Positions 1 through 11,828 of a stretch of 64,000 bases of DNA are shown in pieces. This DNA is from Moniliella sp. 'wahieum' (Eukaryota), in the NCBI GenBank assembly GCA_003971905.1, contig RSEE01000014.1, positions 248,001-312,000 on the forward strand, read 5' to 3'. The notes beneath the pieces are model-generated. The model saw nothing but the letters and a program-made list of their open reading frames with translations. It did not search any database and was not told the DNA's origin. Position 1 is the first letter of the stretch. Every line of letters begins with the position of its first letter. The position numbers were made by a program, and so were the translations under genes.

Positions 1-1023
1 CTGGGAGGCGGGGATGTCGCCTTCGCATCATCCTTGACGCGCGGCAACACGGGTCCTAGCTCTTCCTCTTGGCCGGCGCGGGTGGCGGGGAGGTAGTGTT
101 TCAGAAACTGAAGCACATCCCGGGACAAGTCGGGCCAAAAGTGGACTGGCAACAACAAGTAGCGGGGGGGGAAGGAGGTCAGTACCACTCCATTCAAAAA
201 GGTATTAGGACCAAAAAAAACGTACGACCAGCCCCGACACCATGTCGATTGAGCGATGCCGACTCGCCCATATCCAGTGCATCCAGGGACCAAATATCAT
301 CCACCACAATATCGGACGAAAGTTTGGCCAGTAGCGCAGCCAAGAACGGCTCAAATGTCTGACCCAAATCCACCTGGTTAATTTGCTGGGGCCACAACTC
401 CCTGATTCTCAAGACAGGCAGAAAGACAGGGCGGGGGGACTCACCTCCTTATGAAGGCCATTCGCATGAAGCAAAACGAGAGTAACATGTTGGTCCTTGG
501 GGGTGGCCCGCCTACGGCGGGGCTCAGCCGGAACGATGCGCTGGGCCACAGCCCACAGTTGCCGTTCTCTCTGCACGATGCGCTCCTGGACGACACGCTC
601 GTGGCCTGTCGCTGTGGTTGGGAGCTGAAAGCCCGACGATTCGAGGGCCTGGGGCGTCCACGTCTCCCATGCGGCTGCCGCGTCTGGTTTGGACAAGCCG
701 GCAGGAGGAAGCGGATTTCCCACGGGGATGGTCGCTGTGGGCAGCGCGCGCGGCCAAGCAGCGGGGAAAACATGGGATCGGGAAGTCCAGGCCGTACCAT
801 CGGGGCCTCGGAATGCCGTGCGCTCCCCAGACAGTTGACCACCGGGAAGAAGGTGCAGCGGCGGGGCCAAGGCGTCGGGTGCCGTCGCTGGGACCTGCCA
901 TCGGTGGGGCCCGCCAGCCCGAGGGGGAGGGGCAGTGGCAGGTGGGACGAGCGGCAGAAGCAGTTGCGCCGGGTTGGTGACCGCAGCCTGCAGGGCCTTC
1001 TTGGTCAGCGTCGCCGTAGCCAT
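1..1023 (-). CDS. alpha/beta-hydrolase fold protein, copy A (3' part runs off window start; spliced)
   Basis: ORF 409-1023 ends VTLVLLHANGLHKE at a GTGAGT donor. It continues TFEPFLAALL...IWSLDALDMGESASLN and then FWPDLSRDVLQFL. Near-identical to 8718-9753, whose downstream part carries GHSIG. Confidence 0.85.
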
Positions 1024-1331
1024 GGGGGATGGGCTCTGGGATCTGGGAGCACAGACAAGAATCGGTGGAACGAGAAGGTAATAAATGGATTGCGCAAGTG
1101 AAAGAAATGCAAGGTGCCAGCCAACATCCGGGTACCGGGGGGTAGATACCGGTTAAAGCAGTTTGTCTCCGGATACCGAGGCAATCGATTGCGATCTGGA
1201 TACCGACCGAGGCCGACCGAGGTCAACCGAGGCGGCGGTTGCCTTTTCCGAAAGAGGTTTGAATCAAAACAGTGACTGGTGGCTTGGACCGACAGTCCCT
1301 CTGATATCGTCCCTGGCAGTTGGTAGGAAAA

Positions 1332-1427
1332 GGCGAGATAGCGAAGTGGTCTAACGCGCTGTGTTAAGGAGTTTCGGCTTTCTAACCGCAGTCCTCCGGG
1401 GCGTGGGTTCGAATCCCACTCTCGTCA
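1332..1427 (+). tRNA. tRNA-Leu(AAG) with 16-nt intron (1370-1385)
   Basis: Acceptor stem GGCGAGA/TCTCGTC, D-arm GCGAAGTGGTCTAACGC, anticodon stem CTGTG/CGCAG with loop TT-AAG-G, long variable arm, T-arm GTGGG-TTCGAAT-CCCAC, followed by oligo-T Pol III terminator. Confidence 0.93.
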
Positions 1428-1505
1428 CTTTTTACTTTTTTTCGTTACCAAGAACAGGAAAGCAATTATGGTCATTGATCCCACGCTGTACACGGGCGGG
1501 TGAAA

Positions 1506-2004
1506 ATCCCTGTTGAATAAAGCGGCGTGCGCGTTGTCAATGTTCTGACGTAAGCGACGGGCGTAAGCCGGAGGTCACCCGCCCACATGGGTGATAAATA
1601 CCCTCCAGCGTGGAACGGTGGACCAGCGGCTGCGGTGGCGACGGGGGAACGGTGGCTACGGTGGCGAGCAAGCACCAAGCACCAAGCACCTGACCGGGCC
1701 GTAGGCCTCTAGTTTGAAATATGGGTCATGGCGCTCTAGTTTGAAATATGGGTCATGGCGGGATTGGAAAATGGGTAAATCGGCTGCATATTTGAAACTA
1801 ACCGGGCCTACGGCCCGGTCAGGTGCTTGGTGCTTGGTGCTTGCTCGCCACCGTAGCCACCGTTCCCCCGTCGCCACCGCCCGCTGGTCCACCGTTCCAC
1901 GCTGGAGGGTATTTATCACCCATGTGGGCAGGTGACCTCCGGCTTACGCCCGTCGCTTACGTCAGAACATTGACAACGCGCACGCCGCTTTATTCAACAG
2001 GGAT
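1506..2004. repeat. ~200-bp inverted repeat (arms ~1506-1707 and ~1805-2004) with internal direct repeats
   Basis: Arms are reverse complements with about 3 differences. The spacer has a 27-bp tandem (1707-1733, 1734-1760). A 45-bp segment at 1746-1790 recurs at 2003-2047. Confidence 0.95.
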
Positions 2005-2579
2005 ATGGGTCATGGCGGGTTTGGAAAATGGGTAAATCGGCTGCATAAGCGGAATGGGGCTGAAGAGGCCGGTGGCAGAGACCCGACGATTGTGGCGACA
2101 TCCATTTGGGGCTGCAACCCACGCCTCACCGTCTGGCCTCTAACTCCATAACCGCCCCTTCCCTTCGGCCATGCCCCTGCGCATGGGACGCATGACAGTC
2201 ATCCGTCACCTGGCTCGTTCGCCGGCAAAAGAAGCTTCGCATCATATCAAAGCGCCGCCCATGGCCCCATCTCAGATCTCACGTCTCGAGAGGTTCCGGC
2301 TGATGGGTCCGGGATGCGCACCACCCTATGGCCTGGCTACTGATGACTGACGACTGCCACCAAACCTATACTCATCCTCATCGCGCAATGCATGTCCATT
2401 TGGTTCTCGCATCAATCATTATCACTGTCCGAAGAGTCGTCGCTGTTGCCCCCTCTCCTCCGACAGCCGCCACGGCAGGTGTCTTCTTCTTGGCGCGCTT
2501 GTCCCACAGGTGCATGGCACCGTTCGTTGCAATCCTGTTTTTGTCTGGGGGCAGCACTACTCGTGGAATATCGACGCCA

Positions 2580-3800
2580 TCAGAGTCGTAGTGGGCTCTT
2601 CCTTCCCTTGTTGCTCCAGCACCCCGGGAGAGGAGCCCCAGGCCGAGCTACCACCGAGCCATCACTAATAGACACATCGTACCCCGGTGAAGAGTGGTGC
2701 AGAATCTTCTCGGAGATCATGCCGTTGTACAAAAAGGTGTCACCCGGGAGCTTATTGTAGAAGTTGCAATGTGCAACGGACGCATAGATGTGCTTCACGC
2801 GACCCTCGAATCTGGCAGCGTCCGTGTTCTGGAGAGGGCCGAACAATTCGAGCACATCAGACGTATGCGTCAGGAGGAGATGGAGCTTCGGTCGCGTCGC
2901 GATCATGGCGCTGTCGGGGCCGAGTCTCGAAAGGCATTCGACAAATCGGCATGCAGTCTGGGTCGCCCGGTACGGTTCCAGCCATAACGGGCATGTCAGC
3001 GTCTAAACCCGTATATCAATCATGGCTGTGGGACGTACCATGAACTGCGCCCTGGCCTGCCCGGCAGCCGGATACCATGTCCTGGAAAGCAAACCATGCA
3101 GGTCGGCTGCCGCGACGATAGCGTCATAAACCGCGGAATCGGAAACGTGAACTCCTTCTCATCGTTGTGGCCTCTTTTCCGGTCTCGAGGATGGAGAGTG
3201 CCGCGAATGGGAGAGCCACAAGCATAGTGCGCACATCCTTCCCAACCCCAGTCTTTAGGTTAGCCAACAAACCCCTAGCTCGGATATTGGTGCCCTCTGC
3301 GCCAGGGATACCCTCCGTGTTGAGATCGCTGATGAATATCAGTCTCTTGGTTGCGGATTTGCTCGACACGCTCATTCGGGGCGCCGAGCTTCTACAGGCG
3401 AGGAGGCACGGGAAGCAGGGGAAGGCGAGCATGCGTCAGGTGGCTGGGGCATGCTCGCCTCTTCGGCCACCTCGTCAATGGCGTGACTGGCCCCCATCCT
3501 CGCACCCAGCCCACTTTGTGGCTGTGCCTGCGCCACCATCATGTGCTTGAGTGCATCAAACTGGACATCGGTCGAACTGGGCAAGCACGGCACTGGCACA
3601 GCAACCTCTCGTCCTCCTTCACCGTGGACCAGGCCGCGGGAAAAGGTATAGCAGATGCATCTGTCCTATTGTGCACTTGTGCGGCTCGTTCCATCGGTCG
3701 GCATTTTGGTGAGCCGACGTCGAAACATGGCGGTGGCGACTTGGTAAAAGGATGGGCGAGATGGGTTGTACATATGATATGCATTGGTGGGTGCTTTTTT
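2580..3800 (-). pseudogene. Fragmented transposase-like coding region
   Basis: Frames give PKLHLLLTHTSDVLELFGPLQNTDAARFEGRVKHIYASVAHCN and NTEGIPGAEGTNIRARGLLANLKTGVGKDVRTMLVALPF. These resemble the PK(F/L)HLL..H...FGP...E.FE...H.N and ..I.A......L.GK..(K/R)...Q..PF blocks of basidiomycete CACTA/Plavaka-related transposases. Confidence 0.6.
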
Positions 3801-5947
3801 TGTCACAGGTCCGGCAGACGATCGCGGCCCCCTCTAACCTTTTAAACCTTGTCCCCTCTAACCTTAAAACTTGCCTCCTCTCCAGAGACGCGCGCTCTCC
3901 CGCTTCTTGATGCTCTTCCAAGGCGTATTACATTCGTCATCCCCTATCTGAAGATGAGAGTGGCGCAGTCCAGATGGCCACCCTGATGGGTGATGCGGCA
4001 GCACTATAGTGTTGGCAGTGTGGTGGTCGAATACGAGAGCCAACGACACGCCTAATACAAGGGTGCATATGAAAGCAACAAGGCTATATACCTTAGGGCT
4101 GCGGAGATCATGGACAAAGCCAACACAAAAGCTAAATGGAGTGGTTACAACATCGGAGCTCCTTGACCTCTCGACCAGGGGCTATCGCCTTGACTTTTGA
4201 TGTAACACCGTATTAGGTCACTAGTATAGCTCAAGTGAGGATAATCGTGACCTGTATAGCGATTCACCCGGCTATGGAGACCGCAATGGATGCTGAAGCG
4301 GTTGGGACAGTAGCGTAGGCGATCAATTGCGGGCGAGAGATAGGCGTTGGTGGTAGGAAGCAGGACGAGGGCTACTGGACAAGGCTACTAGTCGTTGACT
4401 TACGCGCGCATCAGCAATCTTCGGGAGCCCTTGGAGTCTCGGGGCTAGAGAGGCCGCAAGTGCGCCGCGTTCGGTGAAGCCAGTCACCGTCGCAACAGAC
4501 AACTAGTACTACAGCAAGTCGCAAATAGGCAAAGTCAAAATGGCGCTCTTGATTGAGATGATTAGACCCTCGAACACTCTGCTGCAGGAGGCCGCTATAT
4601 TGTTGAGGCGTTAGGCAGATATAATAGCTTACCTATAGGCCCCTGGCGTTGCCCAGGATTGCCTAGGCCCCTGGCGTGGCCAGATTGGCCTGTGCGCACA
4701 GATTGGCTGCGCCACACGAGCCTCCTTTTAACCTCCTGCTCATCTGTGGTTGCATCCTGTCTCCTCACCACCGCCTCTCTCATTGCGCCCATAGCAACCA
4801 GTATCCCATCTCTGCAGCCAGCACAACGCAGAGTGCTCTGTACCACGGTGCAACAGCACCATCTTCTTCCCCTGGACATTAACATCACCATCGTTGCTGC
4901 CTGCACTGCTTACTGACCGCTTTTTGCTAGTCCCGCCCCCATCGCTCGGTTCTCCTGGCCTGGTCTGCATTGCTGCCGTACGTCTCCATTCCCTCTCCCG
5001 CCACACTCCGTCCTCCTCGCCTCGTCAGTATCGCTGTTGAACGCCCCCTCTGCCTCTCGCCCCGGCCCCCTCTCACTGTCTGCATTGCTTTTGTCGTATG
5101 TGTTCTCTGCCCACCAGCGCTCTGTTGCTGACCCCGCGTACACAGACTCCCCCTCGCGGGCCATCTTGCCCTTTTCACCTGATCCGCAGCGTCATCGTAC
5201 GTGCCCGCTTCCTCCGCATTCCCCACACTTCTGCTGACCTTGTGGGTCGCATGCATGACGTGCATGCACCGTGTCGCTCACCTTCGGCCTTGTCCGTCTG
5301 GTTCCATTTTGCCTCGCCTGTGGTCCTCTCGCTTGGCTGGTCTGCCTTGCCATCGTACGTCCCCCGTACTTCGCGCTTGGAGTTGTCCTGCCGCTGACAC
5401 TGTCTACCCAGCTGCTGCATGCACGGAATCCCACGGTTGTTCGTCTCGTCTTGTTCGCCTCGACTCATCTGACCTGTTTCGCGTCGTACCCCTTCTGTTA
5501 TATGCCAGCGCTGTTCCTAACTTTGTTCGCCTACCAGTGTGCATTCCGACTTCATCCCGCTTGCCCTCGCTACTGGCCGTCTTGATCCCTGACCTGTGAG
5601 TCCGTCGCACATTTTCTGTGTCTCTCGCTAACCCTATGCTGCTGCTGACTTGGCCAGCGTCTCCCTAGTGCGCACTCTTCACACTAACCTGCCACTTTCT
5701 GAACCGCTCGCTGCTCTACTACGTTTGTGTGCTTCCGTCTGACGTCACACCTATTAACCGTGGTTGCCGTGTCATCGCTTCCCAGCGATCTTCGAATGCA
5801 TTCTATACCTAAAAAAATACCTACCCTGCCTATAAATCTAGTAGTTCTGGATCGATGCCAGCCAGCCGGTTGGAGAGCCTACAAGCACGCATCCAATCAA
5901 CAGCTAAGCGTTTGGGCACATTTGAGCTAAGGGCTTGAGCGCATGTG

Positions 5948-6139
5948 GCCAAATCGCTTGACCTCTTGGGCCAAAGCGCTTAACCTCATGTGGCCACAAT
6001 GCCAAAAACGTTCCGCACCAAATTTCACGGATTTTTGGGTGATTGCCAAATCGCTTGACCTCTTGGGCCAAAGCGATTACCTCATGTGGCCACAATGTCA
6101 AAAACGTTCCGCACCAAATTTCACGCATTTTTGGGTGAT
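5948..6139. repeat. Two ~97-bp direct repeats built from ~22-bp subunits (transposon subterminal repeats)
   Basis: GCCAAATCGCTTGACCTCTTGGGCCAAAGCG...TTTTTGGGTGAT at 5948-6043 and 6045-6139, ~30 bp inside the right TIR. Confidence 0.9.
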
Positions 6140-6489
6140 GTGTCATCTAAGCAAAATATTAATTTTTCACACCCGCCCGTGTATAGTTTGGCTGATCTCG
6201 CACCCATTTCCAATTTCTTCGTCTCGAGCATCTCGCACCTTCCCTGCTTCTTTCACTTCGCACCATGTCCTCTGTTCTTGCTTCTTCCCCACGAACGATT
6301 GCTACACCCCTTGGCCTAGTCCGATTCTCTGGTCTCCCTCGCCTTAGCCCTGACTGTGACACACACTATTATCACCCTCCAAGAAAGCACTGCTACTAGG
6401 TAACACAAGTCGACTAGTCGCATGGCAACCCATGGTCATCCGATGAAGCTCATGTGTGTTCAGTACTTAGTAATCCGCGACCTTCTATA

Positions 6490-6850
6490 ATGTCTCCGAC
6501 TTGTGGCTTCATATTCATCGGGGGTCCAACCGAGCCATGTCTTCATCCGTACCAGCGAAACCAGGACGATCGTGCTCGGGTGCACGCTGACGACTTGGCT
6601 ATCGGGTGCAAATCCCACGGATCATATGAGTCTTTCTTGCCGAGAACAACACCCACATCAAGGTGCGTGTGGAAATGGACCAACATGCACAACACTAAAA
6701 TACCATCTAGGATGTCACAGTATGACCGCATCAACGGAAATCTCTACCTGTCCCAATCAAAGTTCATTGAGGAGAACCGCCTGAAAAGGATGGTCTCGCT
6801 GGATCAAAGGTACGCCAACTGCCCCACCCCACCCACACACATAATGATCC
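6490..6850 (+). mobile_element. Ty1/copia reverse transcriptase remnant
   Basis: Joined frames read EPC/VFIRTSETRTIVLG/VHADDLAIG ... DRINGNLYLSQSKFIEE, matching the copia RT DPCLF...(Y/H)VDD...LYLSQ pattern. Confidence 0.65.
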
Positions 6851-7309
6851 TAGCAAGGGCCGACCCTCTGATCCCCTAGCCACGCTTCTCGAACGAAAGG
6901 ATTACCAGGCCAAGATCCGCCGGGCTCTGTAGACCGAACGCATAGGTCATCCTGATGCTCTTTTCGGTTTGTCAGCTCTGAGTCGGGCCACTGCCTAACC
7001 ATCACACGCCCCTCGTTCTGCTGCATCCGACTTTTCATCCGTTATTTGTACGCGACGAGGGATTATCGCCTCTCCCCGCATCACCCCTTTCCCGAGTGCT
7101 CCAGCTCTGGAATTATACACCGACTCGGACCTAGTGGGAGATCCCGAACAGGTACGTTCTGCCTCGGGACGTATCATTTTACGTCTACGGTGTCCCTGTC
7201 TTAGCAATCCTTACGGTAACCCAAGAGCGTCAAGAAAACACGGCCGCTGCCGAAATTACGGCCGGGGTTTACAGACTTTTCGACGCCGACTACGTCAAAA
7301 CATCTTAAT

Positions 7310-7560
7310 CAAACTAAGGGCGATCAACGAAGACGAACTTATTCATGAACTAGATAAACATGTGGCCTCTGGGAGACTATCCTCACCATGTCGCTGGCAG
7401 GAGTAAACACCAGGGGCCGATGCCATAACCATCCCGTTGGCAAACCCCTATAAGCACCTGCCTACGCTTCTCATCGAAAGCCTCAACCAAATCACGGGCC
7501 TAGAGTCTCTGGCCAGCGGGGAGTTGACGTGGGGACCGAGAGCCGAGCACCTCTAGGCCA
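7310..7560 (+). mobile_element. Possible non-LTR (LINE) RT N-terminal remnant
   Basis: INEDELIHELDK ... *TPGADAITIPLA..L...LIESLNQI resembles the IT.EEL...L...PGPDGI....L...LFN RT domain-0 motif. Short and interrupted. Confidence 0.3.
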
Positions 7561-7689
7561 TGCTTAATCAGTCCTGTCATCCGAGTTGGCCGCGCTGAGT
7601 CCAGACTCGACCGTGTTCGATCGGGCATGGCTAATGTATTGCCCGAAGCAAACGATCCCTCTCTCTCCTTCTTTCTCTGCTGTGGGGGT

Positions 7690-9753
7690 CTAGTCCACCA
7701 CACCTATCTTGGAGCCACCATTGCATTCAAATCTGCTGTCCAACATACTCGCGGGAGACGTACGCCAATGGTCCGGAGGCTGCTGATCGTCGCTGCTGAT
7801 CGTCTCGGCCATCCACCCAGCCACGATGTCCGCCATCCTATCCGGCAGCAGCTGAGGCATCATGTGTCCCGAATCAGCCACCACCACCGCCTCGCCCTGG
7901 ATGGGGAACCGGCCCGCAGATCGTCCCACCCCACAAGCTTTCTCCGCCTCCTTGCCCCCGGCTGCGATTGCCTGCCGATTGTCCTCAATGAACTGGCGCG
8001 CACCCGTTCACCTTCGCGCAACTGGTCCGACAAGGTGGGTAGTACGCCCGGACCGGGCTCCATCCAGCGCAGTCGTTGGTAATACGGAGTGATCTGGTGA
8101 TACGTCCCATACTCAAATGCAAACGCGGTGAATGTACGGCCCTTACGATGAGGAGGCTGGGCCTGATCACCATCACCATCACCACCAATGCGACTCCAAT
8201 AGTTGGCAAAGCACCCAGAGAGGAGAGCGAGCATGTTGTGCATCCCGGTCAAGCTGCCTGCATAGATGGCACTTTCGGAGTACTTGGACGTGCTCAGATG
8301 TACTGCCTCTTCTGACTCTTGTCCCGGCGTAGGGCTGTTTCCGTCATGCCGATGGAAGGGGACGAGGCATGGTTGAAAAACAAGTTGCGTGCGGACTCGT
8401 GCCACGGACCGTAAAACGGCGAACGGGTCAAGGCAGTCTGTGCTGCGGAGAAGGAGGGCCACATATCGCGCCGACGGGAGTTCATTCGTGAAAGGGACCA
8501 ATGAGGTCCTTCTTCGGAAGGGGTGTACCAAATTGATGGTCCTCGTGGGATCTCGGTGCCATCGGGAGCTTGGACGGCAGGTAAGCCCTCGACGGAAAGA
8601 CAGGTGGGTGGGCCAAAGGCGGGTCCAACATGATCAAGGTATCGACCAGGTGAGGGTTGAGAGTTGGCGGCCATAGTAGCAAGACAAGATCCTATGCTGT
8701 GTCCGATCAGAACGACCCTGGGAGGCGGGGATGCCACCTCCGCATCATCATCCTTGACGCGCGGCAACACCTGTCCTACCTCTTCCTCTTGGCCGGCGCG
8801 GGTGGCGGGGAGATAGTGGTTCAGGAACTGAAGCACATCCCGGGACAAGTCGGGCCAAAAGTTGACTGAACAACAACATGCAACAGCCAGGGAAAACGGA
8901 GGGGCAGATGTCAGTATCAGTACCACTCCATTCAAAAGGTATTAGGACAAAAAAAAACGTACGGCCAGCCCCGACACCCTGTCGGTTGAGCGATGCCGAT
9001 TCCCCCATATCCAGTGCGTCCAGCGACCAAATATCATCCACCACAATATCGGACGAAAGCTTGGCCAGTAGCGCCGCCAAGAACGGTTCAAATGTCTGGC
9101 CCACATCCACGTTGTTAGTCTGCCGCGGACCACAACTCCCTGATTCTCAAAACAAAAAGACACGACAAGGGACTCACCTCCTTATGAAGGCCACTCGCAT
9201 GGAGCAAGACGAGGGTAATATGTTGGTCTTTGGGGTGGCCCGCCTACGGCGTGGCTTGGCCGGAACGATACGCTGGACCACAGCCCACAATTGCCGTTCT
9301 CTCTGCGCGATGCGCTCCTGGACGACACGGTCGTGGTCCGTCGCTGTGGTTGGGGACCGAAAGCCCAAAAGTTCGAGAACTTGGGGCACCCAAGTCTCCC
9401 ACGCGGCTTCTGCCTCTGGCTTGGGCAACCAGCAGCAGGGGAAGGGCCTTGCCCACGGGGGTGGTCGCTGTGGGCAGCGCGCGGGGCCAAGCAGCGGGGA
9501 AAACATGGGATCGGGAAGTCCAAGCCGTGCCATCGGGCCTCGGAACGCCATGCGTTCCCCAGACAGTTGGCCACCGGGAAGAAGGTGCAACGGGGGGCCA
9601 AGGCATCGGGTGCCGTCGCTGGGACCTGCCATCGGTGGGGCCCGCCAGCCCGAGGGGGAGGCGCAGTGGCAGGTGGGACGAGGGGCAGAAGCAGTTGCGC
9701 CGGGTGGTGGCCGCAGCCTGGAGGGCCTTCTTGGCCAGCGTCACCGTGGTCAT
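7690..9753 (-). CDS. alpha/beta-hydrolase fold protein, copy B (multi-exon, frameshifted)
   Basis: Starts MTTVTLAKKALQAA. Contains IWSLDALDMGESA, nucleophile elbow VVLIGHSIG, LIMLDP, RRRDMWPSFSAA and the C-terminal His motif SGHMMPQ..PDRMADIVAGW. Confidence 0.85.
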
Positions 9754-9967
9754 ATAGCCGTGGGCAGAGGGAGACCAATGAGGGTACGAAAGGGATGGAC
9801 TCTGGAGCACAGACAAAACCCGGTGGAACGGGAAGTTATAAATATATTGCGCAAGTCTAAGAAAACAAGCAAGATACCAGCCATCATCAATGTCCGGGAT
9901 ACTGGGTGAAGATAATAATACCTGATGTAAACTGTCTGATGATACTGGGCAAGAACCTGTTATTATC

Positions 9968-10152
9968 TGGTTACCGGGGTCACCTGTGGGCCCACCGGTT
10001 CATTACTGCCTTGGTACCGGGTCCACTGTGGTTTTACTGTCTGGTTTCCGGGCCCACCGGTTACTATCTGTGGATATCGAGCCCACCGGTTTTACTGTCT
10101 ATAAATACCGGGCCCACCGGTTACTGTCTGGAGCTGGAGGGCCACCGGTTGC
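9968..10152. repeat. Degenerate ~30-bp minisatellite, consensus CCGGGCCCACCGGTT(TT)ACTGTCTG, ~6 copies
   Basis: Repeated CCCACCGGTT cores between hydrolase copy B start and the decayed tRNA. Confidence 0.75.
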
Positions 10153-10316
10153 TGTGCGGTTTTTTCAAAACGAGGTTCGAATCCTCAGGGTTGCTTATTT
10201 TTCCAGGCATTCATATTCTATCTTCTACTGTGGTCCGTACCCGAAGGGAGAGAGCAAAGTGCCGCTACTGTAGTACAAAAGTAATGGGCCATCCGTGGGC
10301 AAACATATTTTTGATC

Positions 10317-10397
10317 AGTCTAACGCGTTGTGTCAAGCAGTGTCTGTGTTCCTAACCGCAGTTCCACGGGGCGTGGGTTCAAATCACACTCTCGTTA
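10317..10397 (+). pseudogene. Decayed tRNA-Leu(AAG) paralog
   Basis: GTCTAACGCGTTGTGTCAAG...CTAACCGCAGTTCCACGGGGCGTGGGTTCAAATCACACTCTCGTTA aligns to 1349-1427. It lacks the 5' acceptor strand and has U33 and T-arm substitutions. Confidence 0.8.
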
Positions 10398-11828
10398 TTA
10401 CTAGTTCCTCCAGTTTTTGGCGTCCTTGCCGCAAAACAAGAGCGGGAAAGTGAATGGGGGGTACTGTTACGCTGCCATCACCCCAATTTAAAGTGTGTCA
10501 AGCGAAGTTCGGTGGCAAGTGGCCTAGTGCCGTTGAGGCGTTGAGGCGCTAGGATTGTTCCTACAGGGTGTTTTGCGGCTGAACGTACCGAATGTTGGAA
10601 AAACAGCCAGGACGGACGCTTTGCGTTCTTGGCTTTTTCCTTCATCTTTTCGCCTTATCGCCCAAGACCCACCGGTCTTCCCTTCGGCCTTGTCAGCGGC
10701 TGACGTTTGTGGCTTCAGAGCTTCAAGCTTCACTTAGTAGTCACTAGTCACTAGTCACTAGTCACTCCTCAAAGGTTTGTCCGTTCCCTCATTTCCCCTT
10801 GTAGTTGCCTCGTCGGACCCTGGGCTTTAAGCCCCCCCATACAATTCACCCAAGCGTTGCTACAAGCCACACAAGCCACAAATGGCATGGCATCTTACGA
10901 TCTTATTCTTATTGCCATCCAGACTGACCCACTATGAGCATGTTGCATCACAGTTGGCTTGCTCCGTGCGTTAGCCTATGCACACCTCGGCAACGAGAGC
11001 CGAGGAACGTAAAAAAGTGTTGATGGGACGAAAGCAATCGATATTCAATCTTCAGTGAAGTTCAACGTGCAGCTGCATTCGAAGAGTGTTCAATCTACTC
11101 GAGCAGTTAAGATCGGTAGTAGGATCTAAGAGGCAAAGGAGGGTGGTCATCGAAACCAAAACGCCAAACAGGCAGAACAGGCTTCCACAAGCAGAGGAAA
11201 ATGGAGAAACGAGACCAATCAATCGGAACCCAAAAACGAACAGACACGAACAAGAGTCCATACCAAAAACAGGGACCAGAAAGGAGAAAATGGGGGGCGA
11301 ACTAGGAAACACGGACGAAGGCTAGTGCCCAAACGGTGATCTGGCTTGCTCAACGCATACGCGGAGTCTTAAACGCTCAAATCACCGCATCAGGGGAAAC
11401 CTTAATGCTCGCTCAGCAGGACATCAAGAAGCGTTCTCCCCCTCCGGCCTTTACCCGAGGAAAAGGGGGGAAGGGGAGAAAACGTCCAGCGCCGCAGGTC
11501 ACTACTCTTGAGGCCATACGGTCCACAAGAGCAGAAGAGCGAGTCGTCCGGGCTCGAGGTTCTCGAGTAAAAGTGGGCGCGCACCAGCGGGCCACGGTGG
11601 ACGGGGGACAAAAGCATCAACGATCTCAATAAACGTCGTTTGGATCCGTGTCCACCGGGCCCGGGGTGGCAAGGTAGATGGAAAATGGTTAAACTAAGGG
11701 CGACCAGTAGCTGCCCCCGTTTCAATACCATATCAAAAGGACAAAGGTCAGAACCAAGGTCAAGTTTTCCTAGCAAAGGCTAAGCAACGAAGGGGGAAAG
11801 GGCGGTGGAGAGAAAAACATACCAAATG

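Larger units (their letters stand above)
1491..6181 (-). mobile_element. ~4.7-kb DNA transposon, CMC/CACTA(Plavaka)-like, degenerate
   Basis: Perfect 12-bp TIRs CACGGGCGGGTG (1491-1502) and CACCCGCCCGTG (6170-6181). TA lies immediately outside both (1489-1490, 6182-6183). Subterminal repeats occur at both ends and there is an internal transposase-like remnant. Confidence 0.75.

Noticed and set aside
4201..4600. Possible solo LTR starting TGTAAC
   Set aside because: No matching terminus or TSD identified.
9968..10152. CRISPR-like array
   Set aside because: Eukaryotic context, degenerate units, no unique spacers and no cas genes.
10445..10475. Gypsy-like PPT followed by TGTTACG (LTR start)
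   Set aside because: No matching LTR end, second copy or upstream integrase found.
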